A DNA stretch of 64,000 nucleotides from Octopus vulgaris (Eukaryota), in the NCBI GenBank assembly GCA_951406725.2, contig OX597824.1:41726001-41790000 (forward strand). Direction: 5' to 3'. Shown here one piece after another: positions 44,754 through 57,894 of this stretch (the first letter of the stretch is position 1; each line of letters begins with the position of its first letter). The notes below the pieces were generated by a model. The model searched no databases. It was not told where the DNA came from and worked only from the letters and a program-made list of their open reading frames with translations. Position numbers and translations under genes: made by a program.

Positions 44754-45672
44754 TATAGGACAATTGGTAAAAAGTCATACACACTCTTGGTTCTGTAATT
44801 TATCAAAACAAAAGCAAGGATTGAACAATTACATCATTTTTGACATAGTCTCCTTGCTTTTCGATTCACTTCTTCCAGCCATGCACAAGTTTGCCTTTTC
44901 CATCGGTGAAGGTTTTCGGCTAGACTCCTTTATAGCTAATGTTCCACAAAAAGGTCCCACAAAAAGGTTAGCATCACTTTTTCTTTGGAAGGCTGTATTA
45001 TGAATAGCTGTCTGTTTCCCTGGCGGTTCTGGGTTTTTCCTTTGCATTTTCTGTATTTTAGATTCTAATTCAAAGTGATAGACCCAGGTCTCATCTCCCG
45101 AGAGTATACTCTCTCCAAAAGCTCGCCTTCATCGTTGTATCGGTCGATTAAACGTTTAAGGATCTCGCATGATTGTTGTGGACGGTTTCTTATGCAGAAC
45201 CACGACTAATTCGTAGAGAACATGCCACCTCATCGATGGACACTCGTCTGTTTGTCAGAACCATCTTTCTAGTATGTTGAATCTTCATGTTAGTGATTGA
45301 AGTTGATGGGCGTCCTGTTCCCACTTCATGTTTAACATTTTTCCGGCCATTTTATAACTTCTCGTTCTACTCATGCACCTCTTTTCGTGGTAGAGCGTTT
45401 TCCCCGAATTTTACTGAAAACCTGCAATGAGTTTCAGCCTCTGACACACCTTCAAACTAAGCAAATTGGATCACTATCTCGTTTGGCGTACACTGGTAGC
45501 GGAGCGACCATGTTTACTCTGTAATACAATATAGAAAACTGAAGCGATCAGTGCCAAACCTCGTTTACGTGACCGCAAGCGGTCCACTTTTCAGTGAGTG
45601 AGCACTGAATGCTGCGGCTAATCTAAATAGTTTTTGGTGAAAGTGCGTATAACTTTTTATTTCCACTCATAT
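44754..45672 (-). mobile_element. Internally deleted, decayed mariner with both TIRs
   Basis: TIRs taaaaagtcatacacact / agtgcgtataacttttta; minus-strand ILSGDETWVYHF and C-terminal WKK*IEKQGDYV. Confidence 0.8.
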
Positions 45673-45693
45673 ATATAAATATAAATATAAATA

Positions 45694-45784
<91 letters not shown>

Positions 45785-45809
45785 GTGTGTATATATAAAT
45801 ACATATATT

Positions 45810-46250
45810 AATAATAAAGGGTAGAGTCAGTTATAATTTTACCAGGTAGCCAGTGCGGAAATAAAAACCATATAGGTAAATTTTACAAAATATTGTATAA
45901 TTATGTACATAATTATAACAAGGGGTCGGTTTTATGCCTCACTGCGCACCGTAAGAAATAGACGCTAAAGTCCTTTTTATTACCTTAAAATCTCCGAGAA
46001 TAACTCACTTTATTGCAGACAAGAAAAATAAAAATAATGAATCAATAAGGCTGGTTAACTATGTACGCGTTTCGAAATTTAAGTAAAAAATAATTTTACT
46101 TATTGTTGAGAAACATTTTGCCTTCAGAGCAAAAGGGTCTCCGTGGGAATTCCTATGGTTGCATAGATCAATTTCCAATTAAGCGAATGGTACCTGAAAG
46201 CTGCTCCTGTAAAATACGTAATCTTAATACAATTTGGATAGATTACCGTG
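45810..46250 (-). mobile_element. Non-coding repeat with degenerate long-stem-II hammerhead (46061-46130)
   Basis: CUGAAGG-CAAAAU..UAAGUAAAA/UUUUACUUA..AUUUC-GAAAC-GC-GUA; stem I poorly paired. Confidence 0.4.
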
Positions 46251-46319
46251 GATCACAAACGCCCTAGACTTGTACAAAAATCACCAATTATTAAAGGTAT
46301 TCTCCGCCAAAGTACGGGT

Positions 46320-47165
46320 ATGTGAGGAGCAAAACTACCCCAGTCATGATAAAGGCAAAAGTACATCTGGCAGTATTAAAATTAACCGAGCTATACTCCT
46401 AGTAGACTCATTGTCCCCATTACTTTTTTTGCTTTGCACTCATACTTCTGTAACGTGAATTGAACTATACACAATCTTTCATAAAACCATCTCACATCTC
46501 TTTTATATGGATGACCGCAAGATATATGCAAAATATGATGATCTAGAGGTATTGTTAACAACTGTGAAAAGTTTTAGTGACAATATTAACATGGAATTTG
46601 GCTGATTTAAGAGCGACAATGTAACATTTAAGCAGGGAAGACTCATTTCTACATCGTCCATTACACTAAATAACGTAACAACACTGTTATCAAATAATTA
46701 GACCAAGATGGAGTATAGAAATATCTAGGAATAAATGAAGAGAAAAGAACCCAACACAGCGCTATGAAGGAAAAAAGTCAGGAAAGAATATTATAGGAGA
46801 ATAAGACTGATCATGAAAACGGAACTGATTTACCAGAATAGGATTCAAGTCATCAATTCACTTGCTGGTCAGAGGTGTAGTACAGTTATAATATAATTAA
46901 CTGGAATATAAATGAACTCCAACGAAAGGACACCAAAACGAAAAAACTAATGATAGTAAACAATATGCACCATCCAAAAGCTTATGTTCATAGAATCTAC
47001 GTTTCCCGAAAAGAGGGTAGTAGATATTTTACCATCCATACTGACAGATAAATGACAATAGTCCTGACATTATTATCAAAGATCATCGATAAAATGAATA
47101 CTATCTGCGATATGACAGTACCATATCAGATGATCGAAATCTGAGCGAAAAGTTAGCCCAGATGT
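46320..47165 (+). mobile_element. R4/Dong-like LINE RT fragment (domains 4-7)
   Basis: IKINRAILLVDSLSPLLF, HLFYMDD, SDNINMEFG, KYLGINE, MHHPKAYVHRIYVSRKEG. Confidence 0.88.
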
Positions 47166-47169
47166 AATT

Positions 47170-47250
47170 TGAACACTTGGAACATAAAGACGGACGAAAT
47201 GACGTTCAGCATTTTGTCCGACGTGCAAAGGATTCAATCAGGTCGTCGCC

Positions 47251-47309
<59 letters not shown>

Positions 47310-47518
47310 CTTTATACTAAAGGCATAAGGCCTGAAATTCTTTGGGGGAGAAAGCTAGTCGTTTACGTAGACCTTAGTGTTTCACTGGTACTTAATCGAC
47401 CCCAAAAGGTTGAAAGGCAAAGGCGAACTCGGCGGAATTTGAACTCAGAACGTAAAGACAGGCGAAATGCCGCTAGGCGTTTTGCCTGACGTTCAAACGA
47501 TGCTACCTGCCCCTCGCC
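47170..47518 (-). mobile_element. SINE family C head fragment plus monomer around (TAA)n
   Basis: Monomer at 47310-47518 (aatcgaccccaaaaggttgaaaggcaaagg..gaatttgaactcag); head piece at 47170-47252. Confidence 0.8.
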
Positions 47519-47542
47519 TGAATGATGATGATGATGATGATG

Positions 47543-47590
<48 letters not shown>

Positions 47591-48099
47591 TGCTTGGCTA
47601 AATAACAACATGGACGTGCACTCAAAACAAACTCAATCCAATAACATTGGTGCGATGGAAGGAAAACTTCGCAATACAACCGTGGGAAAAGTTCTGTTAA
47701 AGCAGAAGAACTAAAAAACCGGAAAGATTTTTGGCGTATAAAATATAGTTTCTTTCTTAAAGTCAAAACCAGCACCAGGAAACCTGGAAAAACACCACTT
47801 ACACAGTAAGTACGTAATTTGAATAATTGCTTATACATGCATCCATGTGCACATGTTAATATTTATGAGCAACATAAATAATGCCTACACGACACACACT
47901 CGGAAAAAAAAAACACGTGTCACTACCGACGCTGTACCAAACAAAAACAAGGCGACTTCCCATAAACGAATACAAAAAGGAGCAAATTAGTCACTAAGAT
48001 TAAAACGTAACCAAACAGTGATGCCGGGAAACATAGCTACCAAATAAAATAGAGGCGATTTTCGATCTATCAGCTTACGATATGGTAAATATATTCATT

Positions 48100-50325
48100 C
48101 GAAGAACAAGGAAGCGGTGTCAGGTCAAACATTCAACTCTGAACAAACAGACCGTCTCCTATTGTCACTGTCAATGCCTTAATGACAAGCCAAAACTCAT
48201 GCCGAATCAGTCATCACTCGGTGCAACAAGGATCGCATTACTCAGTGGGGAACCAGACTAGGGTCGAAAAGTCTGCTGCTAGAACAAATTCCCTAAAAAT
48301 CGATCTACTAGGTAACCAGACCCAGGATAACCCTAACCCTAGACCTGTAGTGACTCCAAAAAAAAACATCACCTAAAGCAAAACGCATATAATAGACTAG
48401 AGAGGATTATAGAGATGTGTTGAAAGCTCTCTGTACAGCCCAACTAAACCCAAACTAAACCTCATAGTACAAACTTACATTTCATAGAGAAAATTAGTAG
48501 GCAATGAAGTACGCTGATATACAGACGCAAAGAAACTAAGTAATGTACGTAGAGACATCATTAAGAATAAAAAGTTAGCTGACGCTGAAATTAACTAAAT
48601 CAAGACACACATATCTCATGGTAGACCAAATAAAAACAGCAACAATGCAGATGAAGTAAGTAGTAGATGTAGAGAACCCAGTGTACGAGTAGTACATCCC
48701 AACGGGAAGCTGAAGAAAGAATAGCGAAGAACAGGTACGTAAAAAAAGAAGAGAAAGTGGACCTATCTCAGGAACACCAGAATAGATATGACACAGAATT
48801 GGAGGTGAATAATAAAGAGATCATAGAAGCAGAAGAAGATATTGAGAGAACCCAGCAAGCCTGAATTTACTGACATGATCAATAGAGGACCACCGCCAAA
48901 GCTCTCAAGCAGCATAAAAATAACTACGCAATCATGATATATGATGTCGCTCTTAGACAGATCTAAAGTTGTAACTGCTCAGCTAGGTATCAGCACGACA
49001 TAGAAAAGGACCAACCATGTCAATAGATCTTCTAAGTGGAAAGTAGTAATACAAAAAGAGATCTAATCTCTGCGGGCGGATGTATCAGTTCTCAATGAAC
49101 TTGCTAGAAGAGTAAATGTTAAGACAAAACAAGCTAGAAAGATCAAGCAAAAATATAAAATCAAAGATTTTATAAAACTCACTGCAATCAAGGAACAATT
49201 GAAACAACGAATACAACTGGAGGTCCAATGGCTTAGAAGGCATGAGAAGAGAATCAAATTTTATCAATAAAGCAAGATATTCAAGATAGATGCAAAGAAA
49301 TTTTATCGGGAAATTGGCAAAAGTGAGATAAAATTAAAGGAGCCACTTAAGACTGTGGAAATGAAAGAGTTCTGGAAGAAGATATGGAGCTAAAAAAAGA
49401 AAAAGAATATAATTCTAAAGCTGACTGGAAAGAGCGTGAGAAAGTGAGACTGGATGAAGTTGAAGAACAGAAATGGGATGCAAAAGGAATAGATGAGATA
49501 AGATGTGTTCTTAGGAAGTCACACAAATGGAAAATCCCAGAACTGGACCGAATTCCTAATTTCTGGCTAAATTGTCTGACATAAGTACACCAAAATTTCG
49601 CTGCATCTCTGACTGATATCATCCAGAACCCAGAGCTTGGCTGACCGAAGGAACAACATACCTTGTACCAAAAATTGAAAATCCAAAATATCCAAAAAAA
49701 CTACCGACCAATAACATGTATCATCACCACCTACAAGATCCTTACATCCATATCAACTGACAGAATATACGCTTTACTTGAACAGAGATCTATCCTTCCA
49801 CAAGCTCAAAAAGGCTGTAAAAGAAATTCTTATGGATGCAAAGATCAATTACTCATAAGTAAAATGATTGTAAAGAATTGCCGGAACAAAAAGAAGAAAG
49901 AACCTGAGTATGGCATGGATAGATGACAGGAAAGCGTTTGATAGTGTCCCACATAACTGGATACTCAAGGACCTTGAGATATATAAGATCTCATATATCA
50001 TCTCCAAATTTTTACAAGGTAGCATGGCCAAGCGGAACACACGTACTCCGAATTGAAAGGGGAAATGGCAATACTGTATGGAATGTGAGAGAGTAATGTA
50101 AAAGTGAGACTAGTGGTGTTCGGAGTGTTGGGCTCAATCCCATTGAAACTTCAAAACTTCTTAAGGCAACTGGAAATTCCATGCAAGATTGATGTCTTGC
50201 AAAAAAAACAGTTTTATTGGGGACAGCGTACATCTTAAGGAAAGTATTTTCTGTCTGAGGTACTTGTTGTGACTTGACAAGTTGACTAAAGATTCCGGTG
50301 CATTTTTACCGATACTATGTTACGA
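48100..50325 (+). mobile_element. R4/Dong-like LINE: 5' region, N-terminus and RT domains 0-3, then internal deletion to the 3' end
   Basis: DAKKLSNVRRDIIKNK, FKIDAKKFYREIG, KWKIPELDRIPNFW, NYRPITCIITTYKILT, QKGCKRNSYGCKDQLLISKMI, AWID..KAFDSVPHNWI; end VLLGTAYILRKVFSV* followed by (GAAT)/(TAA)n. Confidence 0.9.
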
Positions 50326-50365
50326 ATGAATGAATGAATGAATGAATGAATGAATACTAATAATA

Positions 50366-50396
<31 letters not shown>

Positions 50397-50397
50397 T

Positions 50398-50448
<51 letters not shown>

Positions 50449-50449
50449 T

Positions 50450-50560
50450 TTGTTATTAGGCACAGCTAGGATACTTAGCGGGGTTCTTGATATCTAAGGT
50501 TACTTGTTGTAGCCCGATGTTAGGAATTTTTCTTTTCCAACAGTCTAATCTATTGTGTAG

Positions 50561-50562
<2 letters not shown>
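50450..50562 (+). mobile_element. Very short R4/Dong-like 3' end inside (TAA)n
   Basis: LLGTARILSGVLDI* then a short UTR; TAA on both sides. Confidence 0.75.
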
Positions 50563-50638
<76 letters not shown>

Positions 50639-50644
50639 CGTAAT

Positions 50645-50800
50645 TCTTTCTTTATTGACCACAAGAGCTACGAAAAATATTTAGGACAATACAACAACAA
50701 AGACCAAACAAATTAGTATCTTAATTAAAAGAATGCTCTTTAAAATATAAATAGAACAGCAATGAAAAAAAGACCGTTAGAAATAAAGGGAAGAATGGAA
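50645..50800 (-). mobile_element. L1/Tx1-like LINE 3' tail
   Basis: Reverse complement gtattgtcctaaatatttttcgtagctcttgtggtcaataaagaaagaat matches 6408-6457. Confidence 0.55.
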
Positions 50801-51164
50801 GGTCATTTAATAATAGGCTGTGTCTATATATAGAAAATACCGAATGACATGTCTGCATGCCTTATGCATGCATGCACACATATATGTATGTGTATATGTA
50901 TGTAAGTATGCATGTATGTATTTGTGTGTGTGTGCGTGCGCACACTTACTTGTTTGTGTATATGCATTCGTGAATATGAGTCCATACAAACATATTGTCT
51001 GCTGTCTTGTGAACCACGAACATTTGGAGGTATATAAAGTGCAGACGCATACACACATGCGGATAGACATTCATGCATACACTCACATACACACTCAAAC
51101 ACACACGTACAAATATAGATTCATACACGCGTACATTAATATTCTAGTTTGGCCAAACTCTAGT

Positions 51165-52350
51165 AACGGTAATGTAGAAACCGAGTGGAGCATAATGGAG
51201 AGCATCCAGCATGTAGCTAACTACATCCACCAAAGTATCAAGGTAAGTATAGATTAACCCACTATGCACCCTAACAAAAGACTCCCTCTCCCAGATACTG
51301 GACTTTGGTTAGAGACTGTGAACCTCAGTGTGCAGTTACTCCTCTCTCATAGCTTCTAAATATGTTGTTCATAAGAACTCAGCTTTGTCACACAACATGA
51401 AAATCAATATACTGATAGCAGACTTAGTTAAGATAATAAACAATGTGTCCTTACTATGAAACCTTACGAAACAAAGAAACATGTACAGAATTTCATGCAT
51501 CACATGCAATTCTCTGGATATGACCAGAAAGACAGGGTTCGTGTATACAGGGGAGCTAGAAAGAAGTTAGATAGCATTAAATGTAATGAAACCAGTGGTA
51601 CCTACCCTAGATATAGAAGTAAAGAATGGAATGGGATACAAAGAGTTTGTGACAAAATAAACAGGGTGAATATGTAGTACAAGATCGACAAATATCAAGG
51701 AGTGATGTTTGTAGAGGCCACAGCCCATGGAAAATTAGCCCGAAGATTTAGGAAAGCTCTGAAGGAGGCCAAACTCAACATTAAGATCGTTGAAAAGCCA
51801 GGGAACTCCATCAGATCACAACTTCGTAGGACGTAACCTATTTCTTTATTACCCACAAGGGGCTAAACACAGAGGGGACAAACAAGGACAGAGCTTTCCT
51901 AAATCTTCGGGTTAATTCTCCATGGGCTGTGGCTTCTACAAACATCACTCCTTTATATTTGTCGATCTTGTACTACATGTTCACCCTGTTTATTTTGTCA
52001 CAAACTCTTTGTATCCCATTCCATTCTTTAACCCTGGCATTAATTATAGAAATAGAAATATAGTCTACAGCATAAGCTGCACAGAGGGTGCTTATAAAGA
52101 CAAGAACATGATATACATATGTGAGACATCTAGAAGCATATCGGAGTGACTAAACGACATTTGAGACAATATGACGGCAAAAAACAGTCCTCCATATGCT
52201 ACCAAATTGCCAAAGACCAACATGGAAGCACACTGGGTCAATTTGACATCCGCATTTTATCCAAGCACCCGAAGCACCCAACACTCAGACAAATACAGGA
52301 GTACGTCTCATAAATGAAACATCTCCAGTTCTAAATAGGAGATATACGTA
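51165..52350 (+). mobile_element. Decayed Penelope-like element 3' part, interrupted by a SINE tail and an inverted duplication
   Basis: HKNSALSHNMKINIL, MQFSGYDQ, VMFVEATAHGKLA, IKIVEKPGNSIRSQL; GIY-YIG-like NIVYSISC...IYICETSRSISE. Confidence 0.8.
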
Positions 52351-52430
52351 AAAGGTAGTTATACCCCAATACCCACAGTTTATATACACACAGGTAGAGT
52401 TGTTAGTAAGCTGTTATGTAGCCGTATATG

Positions 52431-52516
<86 letters not shown>

Positions 52517-52917
52517 TGTGTGTGTGTGTGTGTGTGCGTAGGTAAATGGATATGTAAATAAACAGATAGATAAATAAATAGAAAGGTACATAGGTAATAT
52601 GGAAAGACAAGCACACACATACACATACGAACACACAAAAATAAACACACAAACGCATGAATATCCAGAATGCATACATACATACATACATACATACATT
52701 TTCACACTCACGCACACACATGCGTACAAACAAACAAGCAAAAAGAACGCAGCTCTGAAAACGGACAGAGTCAAGGGCTATTGAAAAGGTTGCCATACGC
52801 AGCGAAAATTTTAGAAAAAAAAAATAAATAAGTGGAAATCGGACCAATGAGTGTGGTAATAAGGCACTAAAAGAGAGTGACTCTCCCCGGACACAATCAT
52901 ATATATATATATAAATG

Positions 52918-53058
52918 ACAGGCTTTCAGTGTCTGTCTCTCAACTCCACTCAGAAGTCTTCGGTCAACCTACGGCTATAGTAGAAGGTACCACGCAGTGG
53001 GACTGAACCCCAAAATATGTGGTTGGGAAGCAAATTTCTTACCTCGCAACCACGCCTA
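52918..53058 (-). mobile_element. SINE family B 5' half
   Basis: ggctatagtagaag..cacgcagtgggactgaaccc..atgtggttgggaagcaa. Confidence 0.75.
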
Positions 53059-53744
53059 AATATAATTAAATATCTGTGCAAGTGTGTATGGATATATGTG
53101 TGTGAGTGTGCGTGTTTGCGTGTATGTATTTAAGAATGGATCGTCTTACTATTGATGTTTGTCACGGACAAAATGTCACAAGAGAAATGTTACAGAACAC
53201 ACTTAAATATTGACATAGATCCTTGCTTTATTTAAGACATTAATAAAACGTGATGTTTGTCACATACATATAATACCATTATATAAACTATGTTTTTACT
53301 GTGTGCAAGCTATGCATTATCAGTAACGAATCAACTTAAAATACTATTTGCATAATCGCTTCATTTTTTGCTGTACATTGGGAAGGTCTCATTTTCTTAG
53401 TAAAATTAAAGTTATTGGCTGTATTTCGTTTCAGTTTTATTATTACTGCATTAGATAATTAGTTAATTAATGCGTAAACCAATTAACCTATTGATTAATT
53501 GTTTTATCAAAGTTGTTTTACCATTAACTGTTATCTGAGCAAAAACCATTGGATGTGTGATTGCGCGGAGAAGTTGTACGGGGAACTACATCATTGGTAA
53601 AGTCACTGGCTGTGAAGAAAGACGTTTGATAAATGAATGAATGGATTCATTTCATTGTTTAATCACAAGAATATCCAATTATTCGATAATAAAATACAAC
53701 CACTGAATATATTTCATAGGCAACATGACTCTACCAAAGTACGA

Positions 53745-54390
53745 AATATGTGCAGCCTGGGTTGATCAATTTCCAGCTTCTGTCTAATTAGCATTACACC
53801 AGGTAACAATACTCCTTCCAAGGCTCAGATCTGATCCGCAACCCACTTTGAGACAATTTTTGCTGCTCCTCAGAGCCAACTTCAAAGCCTTCCATCAAGA
53901 GGTTTCTGGGTTGCCTTGCATATTGTAGGAACCTCAACATGAATAAGTCAGGTCTTCCAAACAAGATTTAAATCTGAATTTACTTGGGATACCTTCCTCT
54001 CACGCATTCATTGGTCGCTTTTGGTATATGATGTCCCAATATACACTGTGGAGGGCTTTGAGAAGAGAGTCAGCATGTTCTTACGGAAATGGCAGGGACT
54101 TCCTTGGTGTCTGAGCATCATCATCACTAAACTGGTACCACTGTCTCTCCTTGTTAGCTTGAGGCCCCTTTACCTGACAATCTTTTGTTACTTTAAGGAG
54201 GTCTAAGGTTTGCATCACTTGGAAGTTTCGAGAATTGTAGATTGAATCTGCGCTATGCTCCTCCTGATTTTGATCTGCATTAGTCCCTGTACGCTGTTGC
54301 ACTGGTCATCTCTCCTGTCTCTACACATTTTATCTTGGCCTGGTGGATCTTCCAGCTGCTCTCGAGTTCTTTCAAATTCCATCTCCCCAC
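53745..54390. mobile_element. Rearranged HERO/NeSL-like RLE LINE remnant
   Basis: Plus piece KSGLPNK..RIHWSLLVYDVPIYTVEGFEKRVSMFLRKWQGLP (53940-54125); minus piece [35 protein letters not shown] (54115-54390); clade name from recall. Confidence 0.55.
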
Positions 54391-54471
<81 letters not shown>

Positions 54472-55254
54472 CGTACGTATGTATGTATGTATGTATGTAT
54501 GTATGTATGTATGTATGTATGTATATATATATACGTATCTACACATATACATATATACATACTAAATTGCATATATACACACACTTATACAAATATAGTA
54601 TTATAAAAATTGATAAAAGATTAATCTGGAACATCCGTTTTTTGTCTAAGTGTGTATGTGTATGTGCGTGTCTGTGTGTGTGCGTGTGCGCACGCGCATA
54701 CGTGTGTATATACACTCATCCATCCATAGAACATGCATACATTTATACTTACATACGTACGTGTATATGTACATATATACATATACTTATACATACATAC
54801 ATACATACGTACATACAAGCATACATACGTATACATACATATGTACACACATCCATCCATGGACGCTTTCATACATACATACATACATATATACATACAT
54901 ATATGCGTGCATGCATACATACATACATACATTCATACATACATATGCTTTACCGAGTGGGTAATAATAAATGCAGGGTGTGAATTTAAATACGTAACAA
55001 TAAAACGGGTAGGGGTGGATGCATATCAATTATCACGTGAGAATACGTACAACAGGGCGAAGAACAACGCACGTTTATACGAGGATGGGTTGTGAATCAA
55101 CCAATGAAAGGAAATAATTTAACTGGGTGTTAAACGGGTGTCTGCAGACAAAAGAACGGGTGAGAGGGAGAGGAAGTAATCTCATGTGATTCGATGAGTC
55201 GCTTAATATAGTTGCCTGTAAAAACTGGGTGGGATACGGATGCTGTTATTATCT

Positions 55255-55472
55255 TTTTTATCTTGTCTTTTATTGCACTTGTTTGACTACAGCCATGCTG
55301 GAGCATCGCTTTGAAGAGTTTTAGCCGAGCGAATCGACCATAGTGCTTATATGTTTTGAAGCCTGGTAAATATTCTATTCGCCACCTTTTGACAAACTTC
55401 TAAAGTATGAGGACATGGACAAACCAAGTCTGGTTATCAAGCGGTGGTGGTTGTGGAACAAACACAAAGATA
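55255..55472 (-). mobile_element. SINE family B 3' half (5' half at 57130-57288)
   Basis: gactacagccatgctggagca..gaatcgacc..tcaagcggtgg..acaaacacaaaga. Confidence 0.7.
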
Positions 55473-55474
55473 TA

Positions 55475-56813
55475 CAGGGTATCTATAAAGTCATTTTACA
55501 ATTTAAGAAATTTATTACAAACGCAATTGATAAGATATCTTAATCAGACTTGTTCTATTGTACTCAGTGGTTTTCAAAGTTTTTAATCACATTGCAGTTT
55601 TGTGTTTCAGGCATCCTGCAGATTAAAGAGGCATTTTTTTTAATGAACTCCTAAGAAATGGCTACTCCTCAAGAGATGGCACAATATGTATCATGGTTTA
55701 TTGAGACAAAATTGGATACACAGACTCAACGAAACTACAGAACAAAGTATGGAAGACATCCACCATCACGTTAATTCGTGCATGGCACAATAAATTTATG
55801 GAGACAAGGACAGTGTTAAATAGAAAGAAGAGTGAGCGATCAAGAACATCTGAGGAAAACATTGATCGTGTAAGAGAAACTTTTCTCGTTCTCCCACAAA
55901 GTTCATCCGTGCTGCTGCCAGACAGTTAGAGCTACCACGTTCAACAGTACACAAGGCCCTACAAAAGAACCTGTGATTGTACGCTTTACAAAGTGCAACT
56001 CCTACTGGCAATCGAGCCAAATGATAAATCAAGAGGAAAAAAGTTTTGCAGTTCACATGCTGCAACTAATTTCTGAAGATGAAACATTCCTTAGGCGAGT
56101 TTGTTTTAGTGGTGAGGCAAGCTTTCATGCTTCAGGGAAACTGAACAAATACAATGAGAGAATCTTTGGCTCAGAACACGCCCACCCCCGTGTGACTAGA
56201 GTAGTTCAGCGATATAGTCCCAAAATGAATGTCGGGTGTGGGAATATGTGCAATCGAATTATTGGTCCATGTTTCTTCAACGAGAGATCAATTACTGCAG
56301 ATGTCTATCTTAAACTTTTGACTGAATATGTGACATCACATTTCCAGGACCTTCAACCGACCATCATTTTCCAGCAAGATGGTGCCCCACCACATTGGGC
56401 ACTGCATGTTCGTGAGTTCTCCAATCAAACATTTCCAGACCGTTGGATTGGAAGGGATGGACGAATTTCGTGGCCACCACATTCACCAGATATCAAACCT
56501 CTAGATTTCTTTCTATGTGGCTATGTTAAAGATATAAAGTATCGAACAAAGATACGGGACATTACTGAACTAGCAAAAGCTAACAGATGCGATTGCAACC
56601 ATTGATGAGGCTATGCTACATTGACCCTGGCAAGAAATCGAGTACCGTCCTGATGTGCTTCGAGCGACTAATAGTGCCCATATAGAGGTGCATTAAATGA
56701 AGTAAAAAAAAGATTGTAAACCACTGAGTACAATGGAACAAGTCTGATTAAGATATCTTATGAATTGTCTTTGTAATAAAAATTTTAAATTGTAAAAAGA
56801 CTTTACGGACGCC

Positions 56814-56816
<3 letters not shown>
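55475..56816 (+). mobile_element. Full-length DD41D (rosa/VS-type) Tc1/mariner transposon with ~120-bp TIRs and TA flanks
   Basis: Left TIR cagggtatctataaagtc..gataagatatcttaatcagacttgttctattgtactcagtggttt mirrored at ~56697-56816; TA on both sides. Confidence 0.92.
55658..56696 (+). pseudogene. DD41D transposase pseudogene
   Basis: MATPQE..WFIETK..; FS(G)EASFH (first catalytic D mutated); FQQD-x41-D counted in FQQDGAPPHW...WPPHSPDIKPLDFF; frameshifts and stops. Confidence 0.9.
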
Positions 56817-56897
<81 letters not shown>

Positions 56898-56899
56898 TT

Positions 56900-57105
56900 G
56901 TGCCTCTGTGTTTGTCCTCCCTCCATCGCTTGACAACCGATGTTGGCGTGTTTACGTTCCCATAACTTGGCGATTCGGAACCGGAGACCGATAGAATAAG
57001 TACTATGCTTACAAAGAATAAATCCTGGGGTTGATTTCTTCGACTGAATGCGGTGCTGCAGTACGGCCGTAGTCAAATGATTGAAACAATTAAAGAGTAA
57101 AAGAA
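56900..57105 (+). mobile_element. SINE family B 3' half, opposite orientation
   Basis: tgtgtttgtcc..catcgcttgacaaccgatg..gaccgatagaataagtact..gtcaaatgattgaaacaa. Confidence 0.85.
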
Positions 57106-57129
57106 TGTGTGTATGTATATATATATATA

Positions 57130-57288
57130 TGGTGGGCGTCTTTCAATTTCCATCTACTAAATCCACTAACAAGTCTTTGGTTGGCCCCGGATTATAGTAA
57201 TAAACACTTGCCCAAGATGCCACTCGGTGGGACTGAACCCAAAACCATGTAATTGAGAAAGAAACTGCTTATCACACAGCCTCGCCTG
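57130..57288 (-). mobile_element. SINE family B 5' half
   Basis: acacttgcccaagatgccac..gtgggactgaaccc..cacacagcc. Confidence 0.75.
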
Positions 57289-57336
57289 TGATCGTTGAGG
57301 TAGTTGTCGATGTTGTTTAGCATCAGGTTAGTACTG

Positions 57337-57642
57337 GTTGTGAGTGTTTATTGAGCGAAAACACCTAAAGCTCCACGAGGCTCCGGCAGGGATGGTGGTG
57401 ATCCCTGCTGTACTCTTTCACCACAACTTTCTCTCACTCTTACTTCCTGTTTCTGTTGTACCTGTATTTCAAAGGGCCCGCCCTGTCACTCTCTGTGTCA
57501 CGCTGAATATCCCCGAGAACTACGTTAAGGGTACACGTGTCTGTGGAGTGCTCAGCCACCTGCACGTTATTTTCACGAGCAGGCTGTTCCGTTGATCGGA
57601 TCAACCGGAACCCTCGTCGTCGTAACCGACGGAGTGCTTCCA
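57337..57642 (+). mobile_element. 5'-truncated SINE family A
   Basis: Near-identical to the reverse complement of 36874-37165. Confidence 0.92.
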
Positions 57643-57894
57643 AAAAAGTACAGGTTGGGCAGACACCGGCCATTGTCGCGTCACATACGTAACAGTCAGA
57701 AACTCTAATAAAGAAATATCGAAGCTGTAAATTTTGAACGTTTACAGAAAAGTTTCACTATTCCGGTAAGAATTAAAAAAAATACCTAGTATGTTTTGGT
57801 GAGGATGCTCAATTTTTTGACAAGGATCCGAAAAGTGTGGCGTACGCTACATCGCATAAAACAACTTTTTTCATCTTAAAAATACTGATTGCAA

